A stretch of DNA of 60,101 nucleotides, the filler included. It is 3 parts of 3 records of this genome, joined end to end, with 100 filler letters (N's around TTAATTAATTAA, not from the genome) between each part and the next. Parts side by side here need not be neighbours in the genome. Positions count along the whole stretch, not along the records: positions 39,023 to 60,101 come from DRR723986_7821; 2 more parts are not named here. The stretch is one strand, 5' to 3'. Below, piece after piece: positions 39,023-49,872 of the stretch. The notes below the pieces were generated by a model. The model saw nothing but the letters and a program-made list of their open reading frames with translations, had not been told where the DNA came from and did not search any database. The translations under genes and the position numbers were made by a program. Positions within the stretch are counted from its first letter, which is position 1. Every line of letters starts with the position of its first letter.

Positions 39023-41044
39023 ACGCTGGTCGTTCATCACGTCATCGAATTTCAGCAGGTTCTTGCGGATGTCGAAGTTGCGTGCCTCGACCTTCTGCTG
39101 AGCTTTTTCAAGCGCCTTGTTGATCCATGGGTGGATGATGGCTTCGCCTTCTTCCAGTCCGAGTTTCTGCAGCATGGAATCCATGCGCTCGGACCCGAAG
39201 ATGCGCATCAGGTCATCCTGCAGGGACAGGAAAAACTTGGAATGGCCCGGGTCGCCCTGGCGGCCGGAACGGCCACGCAGCTGGTTGTCGATGCGGCGGC
39301 TCTCGTGACGCTCGGTGCCGATGACATAAAGACCGCCGGCCGCAAGCGCCTTCTGCTTCATGTCCTCGACTTCGGCGCGGATCTGCGCTTCCCTGGCGCT
39401 GCGCTCTTCACCTTCCGACATGTCGCCCAGTTCCATGGCGATCTGCATGTCGGCGTTGCCGCCGAGCTGAATGTCCGTACCGCGGCCGGCCATGTTTGTG
39501 GCAATGGTCACGGCGCCCGGCAGACCAGCCTGGGCAACGATGAAAGCTTCCTGCTCGTGGTAGCGCGCGTTGAGGACCGCGAAGACCTTGGTCTTGCCGC
39601 CTTCGTTCTTCTGCGCGGCGGCAAAGGCAGCCGGATCGCTGAGATCGATCTGCTTGTAGCCATGCTTCTTGAGCATCTCGGCAAGATATTCGGACTTCTC
39701 GATCGACGTGGTGCCGACCAGGATCGGCTGGGCGCGCTGCTTGCAGTCGTCGATCAGCTTGACGATGGCCTGGAATTTTTCCTGAACGGTCCGGTAGACC
39801 TCGTCGTCGTCATCGATCCGCTTGACGGAAACGTTGGTCGGAATTTCGACCACTTCCAGCTTGTAGATGTCGGCAAATTCGTCGGCTTCGGTGGACGCGG
39901 TACCGGTCATGCCGGCCAGCTTGCCGTACATGCGGAAATAGTTCTGGAACGTGATGGAGGCCAGCGTCTGGTTTTCCGGCTGGATGCGCACTTTCTCGCG
40001 GGCTTCCAGCGCCTGATGCAGGCCTTCGGAGAAACGGCGGCCCGGCATCATGCGGCCGGTGAACTCGTCGATGATGACCACTTCGTCGTTGCGGACGATG
40101 TAATCCTTGTCGCGCTGGAACAGCTTGTGCGCCTTCAGCGCCTGCTGCAGATGGTGCACGATGGCGACGTTCTCGACGTCATAGAGCGAATCGCCTTTCA
40201 GCAGGCCGGCTTCGCCGAGCAGCTTTTCCAGCTTCTCGTTACCGGCTTCGGTGAAGGTGGTCGAACGCTGTTTTTCGTCGAGCTCGTAATCTTCTTCAGT
40301 CAGATGCGGAATGAAGGCGTCGACCGAATTGTAGAACTCGGAGCGATCTTCCAGCGGACCGGAAATGATCAGAGGCGTACGGGCTTCGTCGATCAGGATC
40401 GAATCCACTTCATCGACGATGGCATAGGCATGTCCGCGCTGAACCATGGACTGACGGTCATGCTTCATGTTGTCGCGGAGATAATCGAAGCCGAATTCGT
40501 TGTTCGTGCCGTAGGTGACGTCAGCGGCGTAGGCTGCCCGGCGTTCCTCGTCGCTCAGGCCGTGGGTGATACAGCCGACGCTGAGGCCGAGGAATTTGTA
40601 GACCTGACCCATCCAGTCGCTGTCGCGCTGTGCCAGGTAGTCGTTGACGGTAACGACGTGAACGCCGTTTCCGGTCAGGGCGTTGAGATAGACCGGGGCG
40701 GTTGCCACAAGTGTCTTGCCCTCACCGGTGCGCATTTCTGCAATCTGTCCGGAATTGAGGACCATGCCGCCGATGAGCTGCACGTCGTAGTGTCGCTGAC
40801 CGAGTGCCCTGCGAGCAGCTTCGCGGACGGTGGCGAACGCGGGAACCAAGAGGTCATCGACGCTTGCGCCGTTTTTCAGCTGGTTTCGGAACTCGTCGGT
40901 CTTGGCTCTGAGAGCGTCGTCCGAAAGAGCCTGGATCTCAGACTCCAGGGCGTTGATCTGTTCGACCTTTGCCCGAAATGTCTTCACCTTCCGGTCGTTC
41001 GCCGAACCGAAAATCTTACGTGCTAAAGCGCCAAGGCCAGCCAT
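39023..41044 (-). CDS. secA: Preprotein translocase subunit SecA (3' truncated)
   Basis: [51 protein letters not shown]. Confidence 0.98.
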
Positions 41045-41313
41045 GTGGCGGTCCTTCCCTACCGGGCGGCGCCAACTGGCAAAGAGGCGCCTGCCCATGA
41101 AATCGTCTCAATTGCTGTCCACGTTGCCGCCTGGCGCAGAGCGCTGGCCGGCATTCGCGGCCTAAAAGATGCCTTCCCGGCGCTACGGCCAGGACGCCCG
41201 ACAGATAAGAGGGGGCTGAATGCTTGTCAACGCCGCAGGAATGCGCAATGTAGCCACGCCCCTGCAAGACAGGGGAAAGAAAGATTACTGTTCCGATACG
41301 TAAAGGACTACTC

Positions 41314-42198
41314 ATGTTCCGAATTTCGATGCGCAGGCCGGCTCAGGCGCTTGCCGTTTCTCTCCTGGCGCTGTCGCTCGGATCCACCGTTCTGTCCGCT
41401 GCAGAACCGGACGATGTGGTCGCGAAAGTTGGCGACACGGAAATCACCGAAGCCGATCTCGCCTTTGCTGCGCAGGACTTGGGCAAGGAATTGCAGCGGT
41501 TCCCGCCGGCACAGTGGCGCAAGCTTCTTCTGGACGTCATGGTCGACATGGAACTGATGGCGCATGCTGCTCGTGAAGATGGCCTGGACAAGGATCCGGA
41601 CTTCGAGCGCCAGCTCGACTTCCTGAAACTGCGTGCCTTGCGGAATGCTTACCTTGCCCAGAAAATCGACGGTGCCGTAACCGACGAAGAGGTGCAGGCG
41701 GCATACGACAAGGAATTCGCCGACTTCGAAGGTCCGGAAGAAATCAACGCCCGTCACATCCTGGTGAAGGAAAAGGCTGAAGCTGAAGCCCTTATTGCGG
41801 AACTGGACGGTGGCGCGGACTTCGCTGAACTGGCTCGCGAAAAATCTACTGGTCCGTCCGGTCCCAATGGCGGCAGCCTGGGCTACTTCGTCAAGGGTCA
41901 GATGGTTCCGCCGTTCGAGGCTGCGGCTTTTGCGCTGGAGCCGGGCACATACACCAAGGAGCCTGTCGAAACCCAGTTCGGCTGGCACGTGATCAAGCTT
42001 GAAGACAAGCGTCGTCAGGAAAAGCCGGCGTTCGAGGAAGTCGCAAACGGTCTGCGCCAGCAGCTGATGCGCGAGCGCTATGACGCCCGCATGGCCGAGC
42101 TGAAGGATCAGGTTGCAGTCGAAATCCTCGATGAAGCCCTGGCCAAGTCCGAAGAAGAAGGTGCTGCTGCCGAAGACGGTGCGGCCAAGACCGAATAA
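41314..42198 (+). CDS. PpiC-type (parvulin) peptidyl-prolyl isomerase
   Basis: Signal peptide; ARHILV, FAELA, GGSLG, MVPPF, TQFGWHVI. Confidence 0.92.
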   Translation: MFRISMRRPAQALAVSLLALSLGSTVLSAAEPDDVVAKVGDTEITEADLAFAAQDLGKELQRFPPAQWRKLLLDVMVDMELMAHAAREDGLDKDPDFERQLDFLKLRALRNAYLAQKIDGAVTDEEVQAAYDKEFADFEGPEEINARHILVKEKAEAEALIAELDGGADFAELAREKSTGPSGPNGGSLGYFVKGQMVPPFEAAAFALEPGTYTKEPVETQFGWHVIKLEDKRRQEKPAFEEVANGLRQQLMRERYDARMAELKDQVAVEILDEALAKSEEEGAAAEDGAAKTE

Positions 42199-42220
42199 GG
42201 CAAACGCTGCCTGAAACCAG

Positions 42221-42252
42221 AAAGCCCGGCAGTCAGACTGCCGGGCTTTTTT
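42221..42252 (+). terminator. Intrinsic terminator
   Basis: AAAGCCCGGCAGT-CAG-ACTGCCGGGCTTTTTT. Confidence 0.85.
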
Positions 42253-42453
42253 GCTGCCCTTGTGCACCACGCCCGAAAAGGCTTGAAAAGGCTTGCCTTT
42301 GTCCCATGCTTACGGCAAGAGCATCCAGTGTTCAGGCGAGCGCTGACAAGGTGCTCGCACGCATTTGAATGGATCAATGTCCGGACGGTCAAACGATCTC
42401 GATTGAGCGCCCGTTGATCCGGAACTTTGTATCATCTGACCGGGACCGCCTTG

Positions 42454-43695
42454 ATGTCGACCACCGTATCTCCCCTTGCACCCAAGTCCTATCCCGAGAT
42501 GCCGGAGATCGAGGGTGTTCAGTTCGCGACCGCCTCTGCCGGGATCAAGTACAAGGGCCGGACCGACGTCCTGCTGGCAACGGTTGCCGAGGGAACGGCC
42601 GTCGCAGGGGTCTTCACCCGTTCCAAGTGTTCTTCCGCGCCGGTTGACTGGTGCAAGGCTCGGGTCGGTGGCGGCAAGGCCCGCGCGCTCCTGGTCAATT
42701 CCGGCAATGCCAATGCCTTTACCGGCAAGAAGGGCAAGGCAGCTGTTGAACTGTCTGCCGAAATCGTCTCCAGGGAGCTTGGCTGCAGCGAAGGTGAAAT
42801 CTTCCTGGCATCAACCGGCGTGATCGGCGAACCGCTTCCGGCGGACAAGTTTTCCGGTGTCATCGGAGAATTGAAGGCCAACCAGGGCAGCGCGAGCTGG
42901 CTGGATGCCGCCAAGGCGATCATGACCACTGACACCTATCCGAAGGTCTCCACTGCAAGCGTTGAACTGGATGGTGTTACCGTGACGATCAACGGCATTG
43001 CCAAGGGCGCAGGGATGATTGCACCGGATATGGCCACCATGCTGTCGTTCATCTATACCGACGCTCCGATCGCGCCGTCAGTTCTTAAGGCTCTGCTCAG
43101 CGGGGAAGTCGACGGCAGCTTCAACGCGGTGACCGTCGACAGCGATACGTCCACCTCCGATACGGTTCTTCTGTTCGCGACCGGTGCAGCCGGCAAAAAG
43201 GGCGTGGAGAGCGTTGCCTCGCTCGATGATCCGCGCGTCGACGTGCTGAGGGCCGCTCTTGGTGACGTCATGCTGGACCTTTCCCATCAGATCGTCCGTG
43301 ACGGTGAAGGCGCACGCAAATTCGTGGAAGTGCGGGTTGAAGGTGCCGAAAGCGATGGGTCCGCAAAGCGGATCGCGCTGTCGATTGCCAATTCGCCGCT
43401 GGTCAAGACGGCAATCGCCGGCGAAGACGCCAATTGGGGCCGCGTCGTCATGGCCGTCGGCAAGGCTGGTGAGCCGGCCGACCGCGACAAGCTGGCCATC
43501 TGGTTCGGTGATGTGCGGGTGGCCGTGGAAGGTGAACGCGATCCAGACTACAGCGAAGCGGCGGCTTCTGCCGTCATGGAGCAGGAAGACATTGTCATCC
43601 GGGTCGATCTCGGTCTCGGCAGTGGCCAGGCGGCGGTCTGGACCTGTGATCTCACCAAGGAATATGTCGCCATTAATGGCGACTACCGGAGCTGA
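42454..43695 (+). CDS. argJ: Ornithine acetyltransferase ArgJ
   Basis: [45 protein letters not shown]. Confidence 0.97.
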   Translation: MSTTVSPLAPKSYPEMPEIEGVQFATASAGIKYKGRTDVLLATVAEGTAVAGVFTRSKCSSAPVDWCKARVGGGKARALLVNSGNANAFTGKKGKAAVELSAEIVSRELGCSEGEIFLASTGVIGEPLPADKFSGVIGELKANQGSASWLDAAKAIMTTDTYPKVSTASVELDGVTVTINGIAKGAGMIAPDMATMLSFIYTDAPIAPSVLKALLSGEVDGSFNAVTVDSDTSTSDTVLLFATGAAGKKGVESVASLDDPRVDVLRAALGDVMLDLSHQIVRDGEGARKFVEVRVEGAESDGSAKRIALSIANSPLVKTAIAGEDANWGRVVMAVGKAGEPADRDKLAIWFGDVRVAVEGERDPDYSEAAASAVMEQEDIVIRVDLGLGSGQAAVWTCDLTKEYVAINGDYRS

Positions 43696-43735
43696 GTATC
43701 CCTAGTAGTTCTGACGGTACTGCCCGCAAACGTGC

Positions 43736-43750
43736 TTAACCGCGCGTTAA
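43736..43750. promoter_or_regulatory. CtrA-box-like motif TTAA-N7-TTAA
   Basis: TTAA CCGCGCG TTAA in argJ-mutT intergenic region. Confidence 0.45.
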
Positions 43751-43780
43751 TTCAGCGTTTCAGGATTGGACAATCTGCCA

Positions 43781-44182
43781 ATGACCAAGATCGTGCTCGT
43801 CGCCGCTTGCGCCCTTGTGGATGCGGATGGCCGCATTCTTCTGGCGCAACGGCCCGAAGGCAAATCCATGGCCGGACTGTGGGAATTCCCCGGTGGCAAG
43901 GTCGAGCAAGGTGAGCGTCCCGAGGAGACGCTGATACGCGAGTTGGAGGAAGAGCTCGGCATTGAAGTTAACGAAGCGTGTCTGGCGCCACTTACTTTTG
44001 CCAGCCACTCTTACGAAGATTTTCACCTACTTATGCCATTGTTCATTTGCCGCAGGTGGAATGGAACTCCACTCGGCAAGGAAGGCCAGGCGTTGAAATG
44101 GGTGCGGGCTGTCAGGCTGAGGGATTATCCGATGCCTGCCGCTGATGAACCTCTGATACCCCATCTCCTGGATGCAGTTTAA
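43781..44182 (+). CDS. mutT: 8-oxo-dGTP diphosphatase (Nudix)
   Basis: WEFPGGKVE.GE.PEETLIRELEEELG Nudix box; follows argJ. Confidence 0.9.
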   Translation: MTKIVLVAACALVDADGRILLAQRPEGKSMAGLWEFPGGKVEQGERPEETLIRELEEELGIEVNEACLAPLTFASHSYEDFHLLMPLFICRRWNGTPLGKEGQALKWVRAVRLRDYPMPAADEPLIPHLLDAV

Positions 44183-44209
44183 GTCAGTTTTCTTGGCGCC
44201 GGGGGCCTC

Positions 44210-44437
44210 ATGCAGTTTAGATTTGAATCTGACGCGAACCGCATAGCGACCGTTGCTCGTATAGTCCGAAAACTTGATCGCGATGAACGTGGTGCGACCG
44301 TAATCGAATATGGTCTGATTGTCGGATTGATCGGCGTTGTCGTTCTGGTTTCTATGACTGCAATAGGTTCAGCCATGCGCGACGATATTTTCGGTGCGAT
44401 AACGACTGCCCTTCAAGGGGCGCTCGGTTCCAGCTGA
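44210..44437 (+). CDS. Flp family type IVb pilin
   Basis: DERG/ATVIEYGLI prepilin motif followed by hydrophobic helix. Confidence 0.85.
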   Translation: MQFRFESDANRIATVARIVRKLDRDERGATVIEYGLIVGLIGVVVLVSMTAIGSAMRDDIFGAITTALQGALGSS

Positions 44438-44457
44438 TCCGGGTCGTTAGGCTACCC

Positions 44458-45369
44458 CTAGTCGCCTATTTTCCGTTCCTGAACGCCAAGCGCGTCTGCG
44501 AGCCGTGTCTTGGCCGAGCCGGGGCGCAACGGTTTCTGCTGGCTTTCATGCGGCGCCCAGCCCGACAGGGTTACCAGTGAAAATGTCGCCCGGATTCTGC
44601 TGTCCGCATCGGCGTGGTTCTGCGCATAAAGTTCGGCCGCACGCAGCAGTACCTGTCGAGACAGCGGCTTTCTGCTGCGGTCTTTCAACACGGATGTTGC
44701 ACCCATGGCCCTGAGATCCGCCAGCAGTGCGAACATCGTGTCGTAGCGCACCGTCAGAGTGTCCAGATCCGTGACCGGCAGCGCAAAGCCTGCCCTTTGA
44801 AGCAGGCTGCCGAGGTCGCGCGTGTCGGCAAATGGCAACACCCTTGCAGCCGCACCGCCTTTTACTTCCAGCTCAGCCCGCGTGAGGCTGTCGCGCAGCT
44901 CGCTCAAGGTGCCGGCTCCGGGCAAGGTTGCCATAAAAAGGCCGTCCGGCTTCAAGGCACGGCGGAGCTGTACCAGTGTTCCCGGCAGGTCGTTGACGAA
45001 TTGGAGGTTGAGAGCGGAGACGATCAGATCCACCGACTGGTCGCCAAAGGGGATCAGGGCGTCATCGAAGACAAGGTCAGGTGCAGCAAGGCTCGGGTCG
45101 GCAGCAAACAGATCTGCGCGCAACACGAGGTCTGCCTTGCCGGACTGCCGGATTGCTTCGCTCACGTGAGCGCAGTGCCCACCGAGATCGACAGCAACCG
45201 GAAACCGCCGATTGACCAGCAGCAGGCGGTCCTGCAGATCTTCGCTGACGGCTTTCAGCAGAAAGTCCGCGCCCGGTTTGGCAGCCATCAGCGCCCGCAG
45301 GCGGCAGGTACGGAAGAAGGAGCGGTCGAAGAGATCTGGTTGTGCGGTCACGGCAATTCCGGTTGTCAT
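44458..45369 (-). CDS. SAM-dependent methyltransferase (BioC/NDUFAF5-like)
   Basis: VDLGG, NDLPG.L...LKPDGLF, RAGFALPV.D, QQKPLRPGSA; start uncertain. Confidence 0.85.
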   Translation of the reverse strand: MTTGIAVTAQPDLFDRSFFRTCRLRALMAAKPGADFLLKAVSEDLQDRLLLVNRRFPVAVDLGGHCAHVSEAIRQSGKADLVLRADLFAADPSLAAPDLVFDDALIPFGDQSVDLIVSALNLQFVNDLPGTLVQLRRALKPDGLFMATLPGAGTLSELRDSLTRAELEVKGGAAARVLPFADTRDLGSLLQRAGFALPVTDLDTLTVRYDTMFALLADLRAMGATSVLKDRSRKPLSRQVLLRAAELYAQNHADADSRIRATFSLVTLSGWAPHESQQKPLRPGSAKTRLADALGVQERKIGD

Positions 45370-45583
45370 CGAACTTATCGCGGTCACATATGGTATCCGC
45401 CCGCCAAGGTCAAAGGCGCAAGGGTCGCGCCAGGCGGCTTGCGGAGCAGGCATCCAGAAAGTTCCGGCCGGTTCCTGCTTGTTTGGGCTGGCCAGATTTG
45501 TGTTTTCAGTGCCAAGGTATTCCTCAGTTTGAAGAATTATTCCTGTCGGGTGCCATTGGGGAGCGGTTTTGCGAAGCCTTGCG

Positions 45584-46345
45584 ATGAACATTGCCGGCCT
45601 GCCGGAAGTCGCGGCGCGATTTGCGCTCGATTTCGTGCTGCCGCAGCGCTGCTTCAGTTGCGATGCACGGGTGTCCGAGCAGACGGGATTGTGCGCGGAA
45701 TGCTGGTCCCGGATGCCGTTCCTGGAGCGGCCCTGGTGTGAGCGGCTCGGTATTCCTTTCTCCTATGATGTCGGCGACGGTGCCTGGAGCCCGCAGGCGA
45801 TCGCCTCGCCGCCTGTGTTCGACAGGTTGCGGGCGGTCGCCTTTTATGATGGTCCTGCCCGGCAGATGGTGCATGCGCTGAAGTTTTCCGGGCGGCGGGA
45901 ACTTGCCCGTCCGATGGCACGCTGGATGGCGCGTTCCGGCAATGAACTTCTGAGCAGGGACAGCCTGCTGGTGCCGGTGCCGCTGCACTGGATGCGACTG
46001 CTGCAGCGCCGGTTCAACCAGGCGGCAGATCTGGCGAAGGAAGTTGCCCGCGAATGCGGTGGTCAGTTCGAACCGCAGGTCCTCAGGCGGCAAAAGCGTA
46101 CACGCCGGCAGGTTGGCCTGTCAGCCAAGGACCGCCACAAGAATGTCCGCTCGGCTTTCAAGGTCGATGGTGGCCGGGCCGATCTGGTTCAGGGGCGTCA
46201 CGTTGTGTTGATCGATGATGTGCTGACGACCGGCTCAACGGTGTCGGCCTGCTGTAAATGCCTGCTTTCTTCAGGGGCAGCTTCCGTCGACGTGCTCACA
46301 TTCGCGCAAGTCGACCCTGCTTTGCGCTCGGGCAACACGACCTGA
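45584..46345 (+). CDS. ComF family amidophosphoribosyltransferase
   Basis: N-terminal CxxC motifs, PVPLH..R...R.FNQ, LIDDVLTTGST. Confidence 0.9.
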   Translation: MNIAGLPEVAARFALDFVLPQRCFSCDARVSEQTGLCAECWSRMPFLERPWCERLGIPFSYDVGDGAWSPQAIASPPVFDRLRAVAFYDGPARQMVHALKFSGRRELARPMARWMARSGNELLSRDSLLVPVPLHWMRLLQRRFNQAADLAKEVARECGGQFEPQVLRRQKRTRRQVGLSAKDRHKNVRSAFKVDGGRADLVQGRHVVLIDDVLTTGSTVSACCKCLLSSGAASVDVLTFAQVDPALRSGNTT

Positions 46346-46361
46346 TCCCGACGGTCTTCCT

Positions 46362-46390
46362 CTTGAGTTTTCGCCGCGCGCTCGCATATA
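46362..46390 (+). promoter_or_regulatory. Possible RpoH-type promoter
   Basis: CTTGAG...CGCATATA upstream of grxC. Confidence 0.35.
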
Positions 46391-46459
46391 ACGCCCGGAT
46401 TTGGTGTGCGGCGGTGCGGGAAAAAGCGTGCAGCTGCCAAAAAGCAAGGAAAAGACCTG

Positions 46460-46717
46460 ATGGCTGAAGTGGTGATCTATACGCGCCAGCTCTGCGGCTT
46501 CTGCACGGCGGCCAAGCGGCTGCTGGACAAGAAAGGCGTTGCCTACACGGAACACGATGCCACGTTCGATCCAGGCCTGCGCAAGGAAATGGTGCAGAAG
46601 GCCAATGGTCATTCAACGTTCCCGCAGGTCTTCGTCGGCAAAACCCATGTGGGCGGCTGCGACGATCTTCACGATCTGGAACGGGCAGGTAAACTGGACG
46701 CATTGCTCGCGTCCTGA
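46460..46717 (+). CDS. grxC: Glutaredoxin 3
   Basis: CGFC, TFPQVF, GGCDDL. Confidence 0.92.
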   Translation: MAEVVIYTRQLCGFCTAAKRLLDKKGVAYTEHDATFDPGLRKEMVQKANGHSTFPQVFVGKTHVGGCDDLHDLERAGKLDALLAS

Positions 46718-46764
46718 TTTACTGAACGAACAATCTTACCTACCAGGACGGAGACAGCGGTCGG

Positions 46765-47619
46765 ATGACCTCATTCACGGCAGCATGCATTCAGCTGCGC
46801 AGCGGCAAGACGATTTCGGACAACGCCGATGCTGCGGAAAACCTGATCCGGGCAGCGGCAAAGGATGGCGCGCAATTCGTTCAAACGCCTGAAATGTCCA
46901 ATGTTCTGGTGCGCAGCCGCGAAGAACTGCTGGAGCGGATTTCCGATGCCGAAGACGACCTGTTCCTGAAAAGAGCACGTGCGCTTGCAGCCGAGCTTGG
47001 CATCTATCTGCATCTGGGGTCGCTGGCCGTGCTTGCCGGCAACGGCAAGGTCGCCAACCGTGCCTTTCTGATCGGGCCTGACGGCAAGATCCTTGCGACC
47101 TACGACAAGATCCACATGTTCGACGTGGACCTGCCAAATGGCGAAAGCTGGCGCGAGTCCGCAACCTATGAACCTGGAACACAGACGGTCATCGCGGATC
47201 TGCCCTTTGCCAAGGTCGGCATGGCTGTCTGTTACGATATAAGATTTCCTGCGATTTTCCGGACCCAGGCTCGTCAGGGTGCACAGGTTCTGACGGGGCC
47301 GGCAGCCTTTACCCGCCAGACCGGGCAGGCGCATTGGCACGTACTGCAGCGCTCTCGCGCCATTGAAAACGGTGCCTACGTGATTTCGGCTGCACAGGGT
47401 GGCACGCATGAAGACGGGCGTGAAACCTATGGTCACAGCCTGATTATCGACCCCTGGGGTGCCGTGATCGCCGAGATAGACAATGATGATCCCGGCTACG
47501 TTCTCGCCGAGATCGACACCCAGAAGGTTGCCGATGCGCGGGCGCGCATCCCTGCGATCGCCAACGAGCGGGATTTCGTCTGCTGTCACGCGGATGGTCT
47601 GAAGGAGATTTCGGCGTGA
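46765..47619 (+). CDS. Carbon-nitrogen hydrolase (Nit family)
   Basis: TPE, YDKIHMFDV, VCYDIRFP (E-K-C triad). Confidence 0.93.
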   Translation: MTSFTAACIQLRSGKTISDNADAAENLIRAAAKDGAQFVQTPEMSNVLVRSREELLERISDAEDDLFLKRARALAAELGIYLHLGSLAVLAGNGKVANRAFLIGPDGKILATYDKIHMFDVDLPNGESWRESATYEPGTQTVIADLPFAKVGMAVCYDIRFPAIFRTQARQGAQVLTGPAAFTRQTGQAHWHVLQRSRAIENGAYVISAAQGGTHEDGRETYGHSLIIDPWGAVIAEIDNDDPGYVLAEIDTQKVADARARIPAIANERDFVCCHADGLKEISA

Positions 47620-48143
47620 TCAAATACACGCTCGTTTGCGACAGTGCACATTCCTTCGAAGGCTGGTTCCGCAATTCCGATGATTTCGACGCGCAGTGTG
47701 CGCGAAAACTGGTTGTCTGCCCGATCTGCGGAGCAACCAGCGTTCAGAAAGGTTTGATGGCGCCGGCAGTTTCGACCGCACGCAAGCGGGAAGCGCTTGT
47801 CGGTGCCGCGCAGGCGGAAATGCAGTCGGTGGCCGCAGCCGCTGCCAACAAGGCCGATGCGCCGACGGCAGCTGCCTCGACCGAAATGCGCCCGTCCGCC
47901 CTGTTGCCGCAGGATGTGCAGCAGAAGGAAATCCTCGAAGCTCTTCGGCTGGTGCGTGCGCGTATCGTCGAAAGTTCGGAAAACGTCGGTCAGAATTTTG
48001 CGGCGGAAGCCCGCAAGATCCACTATGGCGAAGCTGAAGAACGCAGCATCTATGGCGAGACAACGCCCAAGGATGTCGAGGCATTGCTTGACGAGGGTAT
48101 CCAGGTGTTCGCACTTCCTGAACTGCCTGACGACAAGAACTGA
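47616..48143 (+). CDS. DUF1178 family protein
   Basis: C...H.FEGWF, CPICG, FA.EARKIHYGEAEERSIYGE. Confidence 0.88.
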   Translation: MIKYTLVCDSAHSFEGWFRNSDDFDAQCARKLVVCPICGATSVQKGLMAPAVSTARKREALVGAAQAEMQSVAAAAANKADAPTAAASTEMRPSALLPQDVQQKEILEALRLVRARIVESSENVGQNFAAEARKIHYGEAEERSIYGETTPKDVEALLDEGIQVFALPELPDDKN

Positions 48144-48502
48144 GTTCAGGGGCTTTCAGCTTGAAGTTCGTGGCGTACCCAGGAAAGGGGCGGGAGCTTC
48201 GCGTCCGGGTTGCCGGCCTCTGCAATTTCCCTGCAATCGCAGTTTCTCCGCCGTTTCGACGGAAGTTTAGGTTGCCGGGAAGGAGGCGTTTCTCTTTCGG
48301 TAGTCTCAGATGAAGATCACGTAGGAGAAGATATATTGCGTTTATGTAGTAGGTTTGATCCGAAAAATTTCTTACGTAGTGTTAATCATTGTTAATTATT
48401 TTGGATATTTAAAATTTACATCGACTTGGGAACTTTCTCGGTTTGTCGGTGTTGAATATTGAAACAAGCATTTATAATCATGAAGCTGTGCCGAGGTTCC
48501 CG

Positions 48503-48895
48503 ATGTCGATGACTGAGATGAACATGCCCGATACGATACGTGTGATGGTGGCGGAAGATGAGCCGCTGATCGCCTGGATGCTGGAAGATATCCTGTCTGG
48601 CATGGGTTTGCAGGTTGTCGGGCCATTCGCGACCGTTGCCGAGGCACGTTCCTGCGTGTCTTCCGAGCCGCCAGAGTTGGCGCTTCTGGATGTCGATCTG
48701 GCCGATGGCGTTGTCTATCCGCTGGCTGACACGCTGCATGCTCAGAAAGTGCCGATCATCTTCCATACCGGTAATACGGACAAGGTGGACCTGAAGAATC
48801 GCTACGGTGGGGCTGAAGTCGTTCCGAAACCGTCCAACCCCAAGCGGTTGCAGATTGCCGTGGAAGCGGCCCGGACGCTGCTCAAACGGGCGTAA
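48503..48895 (+). CDS. Single-domain response regulator
   Basis: VAEDE, ALLDVDL, FHTG, PKP. Confidence 0.88.
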   Translation: MSMTEMNMPDTIRVMVAEDEPLIAWMLEDILSGMGLQVVGPFATVAEARSCVSSEPPELALLDVDLADGVVYPLADTLHAQKVPIIFHTGNTDKVDLKNRYGGAEVVPKPSNPKRLQIAVEAARTLLKRA

Positions 48896-49096
48896 GCGCC
48901 CCTTCAGAGCGCGCTTTGCTGATCGGTTTGGGTTCTGGCGTCTTCCTGGCTTCCGAACTGTGCAACGTCGCAACGGCTTCACCGGGAGCTGGTGGAGCCA
49001 GGCGCCTGGAATTTTCCGGGACAGCCAAAATGAAACCTGCTTCAGCCCGGGCGGATGAAGCAGGTTAATCGGTATAGGGCCGGTCTGGCGAGGATG

Positions 49097-49642
49097 TCAG
49101 GGTTTCGCTGAAGCCGGCTTGCGCCGCGCCTGCGCCGGTTTCAGCGCAGCCTTGGTTTCTTCCAGGCTTTCTTCTGCAGCCTTGCTCATCTCGTTGACGC
49201 TTTCCATCGCCGTTTCATTGAGCTCCTCAACCACGGCGGCGCTTTCTGAAAAGCTGTCCCGGAAGAGGGCAGCCTGCTTCTCGAAATGGTCCTGATATTC
49301 GCTCGCCATTCTGGAATAGAAATCCTGCAGGGTTGCCATGGTTTCTTCCGGCGCGGCGCACTGGCTGAGGGACTTGGCGCATTCCATGTCCTGGTGCAGC
49401 CGGTGGCTGACGAAATTCATGTGGTCATCAAACGCCTTTTCGGCATGGGACCACATGGTCTTGCCTACTTTCTGAAAACTTGCGATGGCCTTGGCTTCAA
49501 TGCGGTCTTCGCGCTCGGCAAACGCCCAGTTGGAAAAGGCAGGCATTGGCCATTCGGTCGATGCAGGCCATTCCGGCAGCTTGGGCCATTCGGCCATCAT
49601 GGCGCTGAAGTCGAAGGCACCTGTATTGCTTTTCGTCGGCAT
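49097..49642 (-). CDS. Phasin-like protein
   Basis: Amphipathic helical FVSHRL..D...L..C...E...Q pattern. Confidence 0.55.
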   Translation of the reverse strand: MPTKSNTGAFDFSAMMAEWPKLPEWPASTEWPMPAFSNWAFAEREDRIEAKAIASFQKVGKTMWSHAEKAFDDHMNFVSHRLHQDMECAKSLSQCAAPEETMATLQDFYSRMASEYQDHFEKQAALFRDSFSESAAVVEELNETAMESVNEMSKAAEESLEETKAALKPAQARRKPASAKP

Positions 49643-49872
49643 GAAAGATCCTCCGGTTGTTCGTGTGACGTCCTGCGGCTGGCCATGGCGTTCTTCGCCG
49701 GCTTGCCGTCCCCGGACCTGCGCATTCTGTCATTCCCAGCGCAGGGCCCCGCTCCAAAGGTGACGTAACTGTACCTTTGCATCAAGGCCAAGCTTTGACA
49801 CGGATCAAATCGCATACCGATTCTTACGTAAAAGGCATTTGTGCCGCAGGTTTGTGCAGCCGACTTGCAGGC

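Noticed and set aside
48383-48396. TTAA-N6-TTAA upstream of the response regulator as a CtrA box
   Set aside because: Spacing is 6 rather than 7 and the surrounding DNA is AT-rich
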